From an uncultured Poribacteria bacterium (GTDB taxonomy: Bacteria; Poribacteria; WGA-4E; WGA-3G), in the NCBI GenBank assembly GCA_958296135.2, contig CATQHZ020000001.1, forward strand, positions 2,432,001 to 2,496,000: a stretch of DNA of 64,000 bases, in the 5' to 3' direction. This document shows positions 39,012 to 47,366 of the stretch, in pieces. A model generated the notes under the pieces. It was not told where the DNA came from. It made no database searches and was given only the letters and a program-made list of their open reading frames with translations. Position 1 is the stretch's first letter. Every line of letters starts with the position of its first letter. Both the position numbers and the translations under genes were made by a program.

Positions 39012-39779
39012 ATGAAATGGGCATTGAATACGTATCAAACATGCCAAGATTGGGAACTTGAACGGATACTCGAAACCGCAGAAGCCACCGGTTATCATGG
39101 CGTTGAATTCTTAATGGATTACAAACAGAAACACTGCTTCGAGTGGCATACGCCGCGGGCAGAATGGGGTAGGTTGAAGGCACATGTCGATGCTAGCGGC
39201 GTGGTTATCTCATCGTTGACGAGCTGCCAGAATTTCCACGCAGACGAGGCGGAAGACCGGGCAGAGAGCGTCCGCCGCATCACGCGCGTGATTGATATGG
39301 CGGCATTTATGGGCTGTAACCACGTCCGCGTGCTCGGCGATAGGTATACCGATGAAACGAAAGAAGCCATCATCGGCTATGTTACCGAAGGCTTGAAGGA
39401 ACTCGGTAACTACGCAAAACCGAAGGACATTACCGTCTCCATGGAGATGCACGGCTCTTTCACCGACCCGGATTCGGCGATGCGTGTCATCGAAGCCGTA
39501 AATCTGCCGAACGTCGGCTTCGTCTTCAATTCGCAATTTGTCGGATGCGATGCAGGGAGTATTGAACCGCTGTTTTCGCGCGTCGCACCGCATATCACCG
39601 CCGTGCATACACACAGAGTGGAAGAACCAGAAACGTTTGAGCTCTATCGGCAGATGTTTGAATGGCTCAATCGCATCGGTTTTTCGGGTTATATTTCCAA
39701 TGAATGCGCGTATACGGGCCCAGATCCGGAGAAGGTGCTCGCGCTCTATGTCGGACTTTTTAAAGCGTTTGTTGAATAG
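39012..39779 (+). CDS. Sugar phosphate isomerase/epimerase (TIM barrel)
   Basis: GYHGVEF, SMEMHG, GFSGYISNE. Confidence 0.85.
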   Translation: MKWALNTYQTCQDWELERILETAEATGYHGVEFLMDYKQKHCFEWHTPRAEWGRLKAHVDASGVVISSLTSCQNFHADEAEDRAESVRRITRVIDMAAFMGCNHVRVLGDRYTDETKEAIIGYVTEGLKELGNYAKPKDITVSMEMHGSFTDPDSAMRVIEAVNLPNVGFVFNSQFVGCDAGSIEPLFSRVAPHITAVHTHRVEEPETFELYRQMFEWLNRIGFSGYISNECAYTGPDPEKVLALYVGLFKAFVE

Positions 39780-39873
39780 GGACTACCGGTAGGCGAGGAC
39801 CTGTCCCTCGCAAGCCTGTTATCGCACGGGAGCGCGAGGGAAAACCTGTCCCTTGCACACTCGCTATCTAACA

Positions 39874-41253
39874 ATGAAACATCCACAATCCGCATACCTC
39901 TATCAACGCGTCGCAATTCCAGAGGCGTTCCTGAACGAAACGTGGGGCGGCGATATCCGCATCGGCGATTTAACCGGCGATGGCAACGTCGATTTTCTCG
40001 TTTACAAATCACTCGGCGGCATCCATCCCTGTTTCCTCGGCGCGTTCACGCTGGAAGGGACACCACTCTGGGCCCGCGGCGATAAGCACCTTACTAGCCG
40101 AGAGGAAGCGGAGTTACAACCCCCACCTACGGAAGGGAATTTGGAAACGCTCCCACCCGACCGGCCGGGTCCCGTCGTAATTTACGATATTGATGCCGAC
40201 GGACACGCCGAGGTCATCTGTTTTTGGGTGGATGCTATAGGCCCGGCTGCCCGGTCGCGAGGAGTAAGCAAATGGAATCTGTCCGCCATCCGCCTGATGA
40301 TACTAGACGGCGCAACCGGCGAGGTGAAACGCACCGCCGCACCCGATGAACTCCGCCAGTGCGATGCCTACGCCGAAGGCGAACTGCACATTCCCAATTA
40401 CGTCCATCAGCGGTTGATGATTGCCAATCTCTCCGGAAACACGCAGCCGCAGGACTTCATCGTCAAAATCGGCGTGAATGTGCTTGCATTCAACCACAAA
40501 CTTGAACTGCTGTGGCAATATACCGACAGATGGTTCCGTTATCCCAAGCATTCGGCGTATATCCCCGCCATCGGTGACCTTAACGGTGATGGGCTCGATG
40601 AAGTCAACGGTGGCAACTTCGGACTCGCCGCCGATGGAACAGTCCTGTGGGACAAATACCTCGGCGATAACATGGACTCCGTTTTGGTAGAGGAATGGCA
40701 TGGCGAAAAAGCGGCCATCCTCTCCGGCGGAGGACAGGTGCTGGATAACACTGGCACGCCGATGCTCTCACTCGGCCTAGAAACGGTGCCGCATGGCCAA
40801 GAGATTCGGTGCGGCAACCTTCTCCCAGATTCACCGGGCCGAGAACTCGTCATCCGCTACAATGGCCATCAGCCAGACTTGATGGTGGTGGACAACAGCG
40901 GACAGATTCGGAGCCGGTTCCGCGTTGATGAATCGCCGAACAATACCGGGGTAGAGGTTATCCGCTGGCACGGCTTTGGTAACGCCGAACTGATTTATAG
41001 TCCCGCCGCGCTCTACGATGGGAACGGAAATAAGGTGGTGACGTTCCCTGAACTTCCGCCGCCAAGCGGCGGCAAGATGGGATGGTATCACTGCTTCCCA
41101 GCCGATGTCTGCGGCGATGAACGCGAAGAAGTCATCCTCTATGAGCCCTATAGCGATGCAGTTTATATTTACACGCCGGCACCCTTTGACCCGAGTCTAT
41201 TTCGCGGCTATACGCACACAGCACGGCAATACAACGCACGGCTAATGGATTAA
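39874..41253 (+). CDS. Rhamnogalacturonan lyase (PL11)-like / FG-GAP beta-propeller protein
   Basis: GDLTGDGNVDF, YDIDADGHAEV, GDLNGDGLDEV, ADVCGDEREEVIL Ca-binding blades. Confidence 0.65.
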   Translation: MKHPQSAYLYQRVAIPEAFLNETWGGDIRIGDLTGDGNVDFLVYKSLGGIHPCFLGAFTLEGTPLWARGDKHLTSREEAELQPPPTEGNLETLPPDRPGPVVIYDIDADGHAEVICFWVDAIGPAARSRGVSKWNLSAIRLMILDGATGEVKRTAAPDELRQCDAYAEGELHIPNYVHQRLMIANLSGNTQPQDFIVKIGVNVLAFNHKLELLWQYTDRWFRYPKHSAYIPAIGDLNGDGLDEVNGGNFGLAADGTVLWDKYLGDNMDSVLVEEWHGEKAAILSGGGQVLDNTGTPMLSLGLETVPHGQEIRCGNLLPDSPGRELVIRYNGHQPDLMVVDNSGQIRSRFRVDESPNNTGVEVIRWHGFGNAELIYSPAALYDGNGNKVVTFPELPPPSGGKMGWYHCFPADVCGDEREEVILYEPYSDAVYIYTPAPFDPSLFRGYTHTARQYNARLMD

Positions 41254-41365
41254 AAGAGTCGTCTGGGAAGATCTTTGTATCCGCCTAATCGCGATTTGTA
41301 AATGCGGATTTCTATCGTTTCCGCCCGACTCCCTACAAACCCACTGAATCTGGAATAAAAACAGC

Positions 41366-42631
41366 ATGGAAACCTCAATCATCAATAAATTCCTACTCAT
41401 CTCAATCGATTGTTGGCGGTTTGACGCGCTCAGCCGCACCAATCCGTTCTTCAATACGCCCAAGTTCGATCTGCTGACGAAAGACTTCTCCCTCGCCGAA
41501 AAGTTCTTCGTCACCGCCCCCGCGACGCGCCCATCGCATACCTCTTACTTCACCGGGCTCTATCCGTTTGAGCACGGCGTTTACGGGCAAACTTACCTGA
41601 AGATGTTCAAAGGCATCCCGAACCTATTTCAACTGTTTGCCGATGCAGGGTATCAGATTACCGGGCGTTCGGAACGGCCGGAGGTGTTCCGCTTCCTCGA
41701 TTTTGAGCCGTTCATCACACCGCTCGACCCGGGCACCAAGGCGCAGCACCTCGGTTCGCTTGAGGATTGCATCCAGTGCCTCGCGCAGCCCGCGGATACA
41801 CCGCAGTTCTGTTTCCTCCATTTTTGGTATACGCACGGCGGCTACGGCATGTCAGGCATCCCGTCCGCACCGAACTTCAGGACGCTTGTGGAGAACGGCA
41901 GAACCGATGAAGCACTGCGCTTCTACTACGCCGCTGTGACGCACGTGCTGGAGTTCAAACTGGTTGAAATTCTGAAACACCTGCGACTTTCGGAGTGGGC
42001 AGTCTTCATCTTCGGCGACCACGGTGAAGGCATCTGTGAAGAAATCATCGCACACGGCGACACCCTCAATCAGAACGTGCTACACGTCCCGCTGTTGGCA
42101 CATATACCGGGCGTTGGAAAATTGGAATTTCCGAACGCGCCGCTGTCTTCCTTAGATATCTTTCCGACAATTATCAACCTCGCCGACACCAAGGTAGATT
42201 ACCACGGCTATGGACAAGATTTGCTAGCGCAAGAGGCACTTGACGAAAACCGATTGGTGCTATCGGAGTTAGACAGTCTATACGGCACCGGGTTTCTGAG
42301 TCGGAACAATTTAGAGATGCCGCATCACCGCGTAACTTCTCGGACATCGGTTGACAACGTAGAGATTAATCGGTATGCCGAAGGCGTTCGGCTCTGGTCC
42401 CTCGCCGATGGCGAGCATCTCTATCGCGAAGATGAGCAAACGGGTGAGTTTGTCTACCGAGAGGTGTTAAGCGGCAAAGATTTGCCGTGCGATGAACCGG
42501 AGCGTTTCCGCGCGGCTTATGACGACATCTTGATGAATTCCCACTACCAGCATCTCCAATTTCAAGAGACAACTGCGGAAGAGACAGAGATTCTGGAAGG
42601 GCGGTTGCGCGATTTGGGGTATGTGGAGTAG
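41366..42631 (+). CDS. Sulfatase-like hydrolase/transferase (alkaline phosphatase superfamily)
   Basis: LLISIDCWRFD, TRPSHTSYFTGLYP, GDHGE, HVPL, LRDLGYVE. Confidence 0.85.
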   Translation: METSIINKFLLISIDCWRFDALSRTNPFFNTPKFDLLTKDFSLAEKFFVTAPATRPSHTSYFTGLYPFEHGVYGQTYLKMFKGIPNLFQLFADAGYQITGRSERPEVFRFLDFEPFITPLDPGTKAQHLGSLEDCIQCLAQPADTPQFCFLHFWYTHGGYGMSGIPSAPNFRTLVENGRTDEALRFYYAAVTHVLEFKLVEILKHLRLSEWAVFIFGDHGEGICEEIIAHGDTLNQNVLHVPLLAHIPGVGKLEFPNAPLSSLDIFPTIINLADTKVDYHGYGQDLLAQEALDENRLVLSELDSLYGTGFLSRNNLEMPHHRVTSRTSVDNVEINRYAEGVRLWSLADGEHLYREDEQTGEFVYREVLSGKDLPCDEPERFRAAYDDILMNSHYQHLQFQETTAEETEILEGRLRDLGYVE

Positions 42632-42641
42632 AGCTTTGCTG

Positions 42642-43769
42642 CTAATTCCTAAAGAGAGCCAGATACTTCTCCAGCACAAAAAGTCGATTGCGGGAAAACC
42701 CAGTAATTTCCTTTAACACCCCAAGTTCTGTCAAGGACTTCAGGAGGCGGTTCGCGCTTGCGAAACTCATCTCCAGTTCTCTCTCAACCTCGCTGACGCT
42801 CACAATCGGTTTGGCATACATAAAACGCAGCAATTTTTGCGCATTTTTCGCCGGACGAGAACCAAGTTTCGAGATGCTTTCGTCATACTCCTCGCGGAGC
42901 GAAATAATCGCTTTGAACGTCTTAATGCCATGCCACGCGGTTTCAGCGATGCCGTTTAAGAAAAACGCTATCCACTGCTCTAAGTCGTTCGATTCGCGAA
43001 CTGCAGAAAGCGAGTCATAGTATGAACTCCGATGCTTCTCAAAAAAGGAGGACATATAGAGCACCGGCTTTTTCAGCATCTGCGCGTCAATGAGTTGTAA
43101 AACAATCAAGAGCCTCCCACACCTACCGTTCCCATCCAAAAAAGGATGGATAGTTTCAAACTGATAATGCGTGATAGCAATTTTAATCAGCGTCGGAACT
43201 TGTAGCGTTCTGTTGTGCCAGAATTTTTCCAAGTCACTTAAAAGTTCCGGCACCTCCTCAGCGGAGGGCGGCACAAAAAGCGCGTCCGAAAGCGATGAAC
43301 CGCCAATCCAATTTTGACTCCTGCGAATCTCGCCAGGGGCCCGGTGTCTTCCGCGAACACCGGAGAGCAATATTTTATGCGCATCCCTCAGCAGTCGCGT
43401 AGAAAGCGGTAATTCCGGAAGCTTGGCTATTGCAAAATTCATCGCTCGAATATAATTCTGAACCTCATGCCAATCATCCCGACGTTCCGGAGCAACCTCA
43501 TCTTGCGACAGCACGGCTTCATCAAGCTCGGTTTTTGTGCCTTCAATCCGATTGGAATTCACGGCTTCTTTTGCTACACTCATCGGAATCGAGAAATCGA
43601 CATCTGGAACAAGGACCGCGTAGGCGTTGAACTCCCCCAAAAGTCTCGCTGTCTGTTCGATCTGGATATTTATCTGTGGGTTTTCCCAGGCAAAATGAGA
43701 GACAAAGGAAGGCGTGAAACTCCTATATCCGCGATGTTGTTTGTATTTGCCCGCTACGAACGTTTTCAT
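42642..43769 (-). CDS. Fic family protein with C-terminal winged HTH
   Basis: SNRIEGT, HYQFETIHPFLDGNGRCGR, LKEITGFSRNRLF. Confidence 0.92.
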   Translation of the reverse strand: MKTFVAGKYKQHRGYRSFTPSFVSHFAWENPQINIQIEQTARLLGEFNAYAVLVPDVDFSIPMSVAKEAVNSNRIEGTKTELDEAVLSQDEVAPERRDDWHEVQNYIRAMNFAIAKLPELPLSTRLLRDAHKILLSGVRGRHRAPGEIRRSQNWIGGSSLSDALFVPPSAEEVPELLSDLEKFWHNRTLQVPTLIKIAITHYQFETIHPFLDGNGRCGRLLIVLQLIDAQMLKKPVLYMSSFFEKHRSSYYDSLSAVRESNDLEQWIAFFLNGIAETAWHGIKTFKAIISLREEYDESISKLGSRPAKNAQKLLRFMYAKPIVSVSEVERELEMSFASANRLLKSLTELGVLKEITGFSRNRLFVLEKYLALFRN

Positions 43770-43800
43770 GTAACGAACCACCCGATTTTGACAATATAGA

Positions 43801-43880
43801 ATTCCTTATTATCATTTTGCGCTATTTTTGATAACCATAAATTCCATATTATCATTTTGCGCTATTTTTGATAATCACAA
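43801..43880. repeat. 40-bp direct repeat x2, each containing TTATCA-N14-TGATAA (operator-like)
   Basis: ATTCC(T/A)TATTATCATTTTGCGCTATTTTTGATAA at 43801 and 43841. Confidence 0.8.
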
Positions 43881-43955
43881 AATTGCAAGGGCGGATATAG
43901 ACAGCCGCCCTTGCAATTAAGTGAGAAATGCGAATATCAAACAAAATTCGCCCCA

Positions 43956-44438
43956 CTACAATTCATGAATCGTCGCCTCTAGCGAATCCAACGCCACAAT
44001 CGCGACGGTGGATTTCCCAGTCGTCCAGCCACCTGTTTCGCCCGGATTGAGCAGGAGAGACTTCTCCTCCCGGATGTCAACCTTATGGGTGTGGCCGTAG
44101 ACGACGATGTCATATTCACCGCTTTTGGCGATGGGAATGGCGAGCTCTGGGTAGTGCATCACGGCGATGTTCCTACCGCCGACAGAAACGTTCGCCAAAT
44201 TCGGGTGAACCTCGCCGACAGCTTCAAACCGCTGCGCGAGGATAACGCGTTCGCCATCGTTGTTACCGAACACGCCAACAACCCGGCATTTCAAATCGGC
44301 AAGGGGTGCGATTGCAAACGGCGAGATAAAATCGCCCGCGTGGACTACCAACTCTACGCCGCTGTCGTTGAAAAGGGCGACAGCGCATTCAATCTGAGGA
44401 ATGTTATCGTGACTATCAGACATTACGCCAAGTTTCAT
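43956..44438 (-). CDS. YfcE/MJ0936-type metallophosphoesterase
   Basis: SDSHD, HAGD, GNND, GHTH, LNPG. Confidence 0.9.
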   Translation of the reverse strand: MKLGVMSDSHDNIPQIECAVALFNDSGVELVVHAGDFISPFAIAPLADLKCRVVGVFGNNDGERVILAQRFEAVGEVHPNLANVSVGGRNIAVMHYPELAIPIAKSGEYDIVVYGHTHKVDIREEKSLLLNPGETGGWTTGKSTVAIVALDSLEATIHEL

Positions 44439-44454
44439 GAACAGGCCTCCTTCT

Positions 44455-45330
44455 TCAGAATTCAGACAATTTGTCAAGCAATGCCACGTCGGGTTCCCCT
44501 TGATAGAGGACAACAAAATACCGCAGCCTCAACACATCATCGGGCGAGAGATGGAGCGGCTCATAATAAACAAGCGAGGGATGGATAAGGCAATAGTTCT
44601 CCCGATTGCGCACCCACCACGTCGTCGGATAGCGCGGATTCTTAACGTTATCGACGATAGCAGCACCGTAAACCTTGCTATCAGCAGGATGCCGAGACGT
44701 GAAACTGCACCACCGACTCTGCTTTCCAAAGATGTCCATCGCTTCCGTGCGGCCGTCTGCATCCAACAGATTACCCGGCGTGAGGACATTGGCAAATCGG
44801 ATAGCCAGGCCGCTGTAAAACCGGCCGTCTGCCCCGGGTTCGCCACGACGTAAATCTAAAACCACCTCGCGTTCATTGGGACGAAACTCAAGTTCTACGA
44901 GAATGCGTATCGCGTCTTTGAAGTTTTCTTTGCCCGTTTCCGGTGCGCCGAGGGTTAGCTGCCGACGCTCCGTGAGATGCGTTACGCCTTGCCAATCGCT
45001 CCACGCGTTTTCAGCGATGATTCGCGCCCATCCACTCCCCGCGGTTTGTTCAACGAGCTGCAGTGGGACGATTTTCCCAAAACCAGTGGCATCCTCTCCG
45101 GGCGAAGGCTGTTCCCAGAAATTAACACCGTTGACTTTCTTCCACGCCACCCACATCCCCTGATGATGCACGTGGTCGCCGGGTTCGTTCATCGTGAGCG
45201 GCGGCCCGCCGGGCAGGCGCAGCGGGTGACAATAAGGACGGTTACCATCCTCAGGAAAATGGTAACCTAAAACCTCTTGGCCGTCCCAATTGACGGTTAA
45301 ACTGTGTTGTGTTCGTGATATGGAAAACAT
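44455..45330 (-). CDS. DUF6807/PmoA-like beta-sandwich protein
   Basis: RPYCHPL, PGDHVHHQGMW, VNGVNFWE, YSGLAIRF, NPRYPTTW. Confidence 0.75.
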   Translation of the reverse strand: MFSISRTQHSLTVNWDGQEVLGYHFPEDGNRPYCHPLRLPGGPPLTMNEPGDHVHHQGMWVAWKKVNGVNFWEQPSPGEDATGFGKIVPLQLVEQTAGSGWARIIAENAWSDWQGVTHLTERRQLTLGAPETGKENFKDAIRILVELEFRPNEREVVLDLRRGEPGADGRFYSGLAIRFANVLTPGNLLDADGRTEAMDIFGKQSRWCSFTSRHPADSKVYGAAIVDNVKNPRYPTTWWVRNRENYCLIHPSLVYYEPLHLSPDDVLRLRYFVVLYQGEPDVALLDKLSEF

Positions 45331-45373
45331 TGTCCTCTCCGTTGCAGGAGCGATTTCGCTGCGGATTTCAGCC

Positions 45374-46198
45374 TTAGTTGAGATACGGATTCACAACTTC
45401 GCGCTCCAATGACAAACCTTCCCACTCATCGTCGCCGGGGCCGTCGTAGATAAGGGTGTGCGGCCCAGAAAAACCCACCGCTCGGGTGAGCTCTAGGCAG
45501 CGGACGTAATCGTCCCGCTCCATTTCGCGAGGGGCAGTGAAATGTGCTTTCGTATGACACGATTCTGCCCAAGAGGCGATTGCACCAAGGTCATCGTATT
45601 TCGTATCGCCGCGCCAATTGCCAAAGTCAAGACAGAGCCCGACTCTGCCATCTAACGCGCCTAAAATGGCCTTGACATTATCAGGCGTGGAGAAGACGGA
45701 GAACCAGTTCTCGCTCATCAAGCGGATGCCGGCGGTTTCCGCGCGTTCAGCGAGCTTGGCGAGGATGTTCCGGCTCTGCGCGAGGGCGGCCTCAGACGGG
45801 TTTGCTTTGCCGCCGATGACACGCGCACATTGCGCACCGAGCTCTCCCGCGATATCCATCCATTTTTCTATCCACGCGATATCGCGCTCCGCTTCGGACG
45901 GATGCGTGATATCGCCATCGTCAATTAGCAGAGAGAAAAGCTCAACGTCGGCAGCCGCGATGGCTGCGCGGAGCTCCGATAGGTATGCCTTCTCCACAGA
46001 AGGTAAATGAAAGTGGCAGAGCTCTAAGGTGTGGATACCAAATTCGGCGATGCGCCCTGGCAACTCCAGCAGGGAGATGGGGCCGTTATTATGCGTTTCA
46101 ACGGGGATGTGCATCCCATGCGCGGGACCGGTAAAGCCCGGTTTCCCAAGTTGCCGGTGCAAACTCCACGTTGAAACCGAAAGACGAGGGGATGACAT
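45374..46198 (-). CDS. Sugar phosphate isomerase/epimerase (TIM barrel)
   Basis: STWSLHR, SENW, LDFGNW, CHTKA. Confidence 0.82.
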   Translation of the reverse strand: MSSPRLSVSTWSLHRQLGKPGFTGPAHGMHIPVETHNNGPISLLELPGRIAEFGIHTLELCHFHLPSVEKAYLSELRAAIAAADVELFSLLIDDGDITHPSEAERDIAWIEKWMDIAGELGAQCARVIGGKANPSEAALAQSRNILAKLAERAETAGIRLMSENWFSVFSTPDNVKAILGALDGRVGLCLDFGNWRGDTKYDDLGAIASWAESCHTKAHFTAPREMERDDYVRCLELTRAVGFSGPHTLIYDGPGDDEWEGLSLEREVVNPYLN

Positions 46199-46232
46199 AG
46201 TTTTTAATCCTCCAAACAATAGAATGCGAGTT

Positions 46233-46337
46233 GTAATTCTGAACCAACCAAGCAATTAAGGAAATATCAGTGGCAATCGCAATCGCGAAGATGACTTTGA
46301 ACCAACCGATTTCTTCCTTGAGTTTATCACTTCTCCC
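46233..46337 (-). pseudogene. Remnant of a small membrane-protein gene
   Basis: GRSDKLKEEIGWFKVIFAIAIATDISLIAWLVQNY with no start codon and an in-frame TAG five codons upstream. Confidence 0.45.
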
Positions 46338-46526
46338 GCGAGGCGTGCCCTACGGGGACGATGTTCCTTGTTCCATTCCGCAAGGGAACACCTCGATAAA
46401 TTAGACCCGAGAACACGAGTTCGCGCAAAAATCGCGTGATACCAAATCAACAGCCGTAGTTCGGAGAGTGGATCCGCGCAAGACACTACCTATCCCCCAA
46501 CACAGCAAAGTTCATCAAAACTCCCC

Positions 46527-47285
46527 TCATTCGTCCAATTCGTTCAGGTGCCGGTCCAACCACTTGACGACATCCGCTGCCATACGCAGGACAGATTCAC
46601 CTGAAAAAACGTGATCGGCATTCATGAGCTGAACGAGCTCTGCGCCTTCGTTGGCATGCCGCAGGATGTCAAGGCTATCCTGAAGCGGAACAACATCGTC
46701 TTCAGAGCCGTGAACTAATAGCCACGGCACGGTAAACTCACTCGCGTGTTGGACGACGCTGTCAATTCCCCCCAGGTCATCCATGTAGGCTTGGGAGAGC
46801 GGACAGTCAGGTTCGTCCCACATGAAGCCTTCGTCCGGTGTGACATCGCCGAATTCGCGTTGCGCGAACGCTTTCGTATGCACCATCCCTGCTAACGAGA
46901 CAAGGAACCGGATGCGTTCATCAGAGGCGGCGCGCAACACACCGACGGCACCACCCATGCTATGCCCAACATACGCGACGGTATACCCCTCAAGCGCATC
47001 AAGAACGCATCCCAAGTCCGCCACCTCTTTAGTGATAGTCGAGTCGGTGAATTTCCCTTCTGATTCTCCGTTGCCAGAGAAAGAGAAGCGCAGCACAGAG
47101 ATGCCTGCCTCGGCAAGACTCTCTGCTAAGTGAACGAGGAAAGGTCTGTCTTTATTCCCGGTAACGCCGTGCCCGATGACGACGATTTGGTTCCCTTCGG
47201 CTTCGTTGCCGGTATATTCCAGCTCGCCTTCGTGGAAGGAATAGTCAAGGCGTTCCCCGTGTTCGTTTCTAATTTCGCCAAACAT
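46527..47285 (-). CDS. Alpha/beta hydrolase
   Basis: HG, FSGNGESEG, GHSMGG nucleophile elbow, HGSEDDVV, ADHVF. Confidence 0.9.
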   Translation of the reverse strand: MFGEIRNEHGERLDYSFHEGELEYTGNEAEGNQIVVIGHGVTGNKDRPFLVHLAESLAEAGISVLRFSFSGNGESEGKFTDSTITKEVADLGCVLDALEGYTVAYVGHSMGGAVGVLRAASDERIRFLVSLAGMVHTKAFAQREFGDVTPDEGFMWDEPDCPLSQAYMDDLGGIDSVVQHASEFTVPWLLVHGSEDDVVPLQDSLDILRHANEGAELVQLMNADHVFSGESVLRMAADVVKWLDRHLNELDE

Positions 47286-47366
47286 AATTTTATTTTCCAA
47301 ATGAGACAGATGGAACAGCCCAAGGGCCGTCCCATCCATTGGTAGGAGCGGTTCGCGAGCGAGAAA

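Noticed and set aside
44455-45330. Particulate methane monooxygenase
   Set aside because: The PmoA-like label refers to a soluble DUF6807-type domain; there are no TM helices and no pmoB/pmoC.
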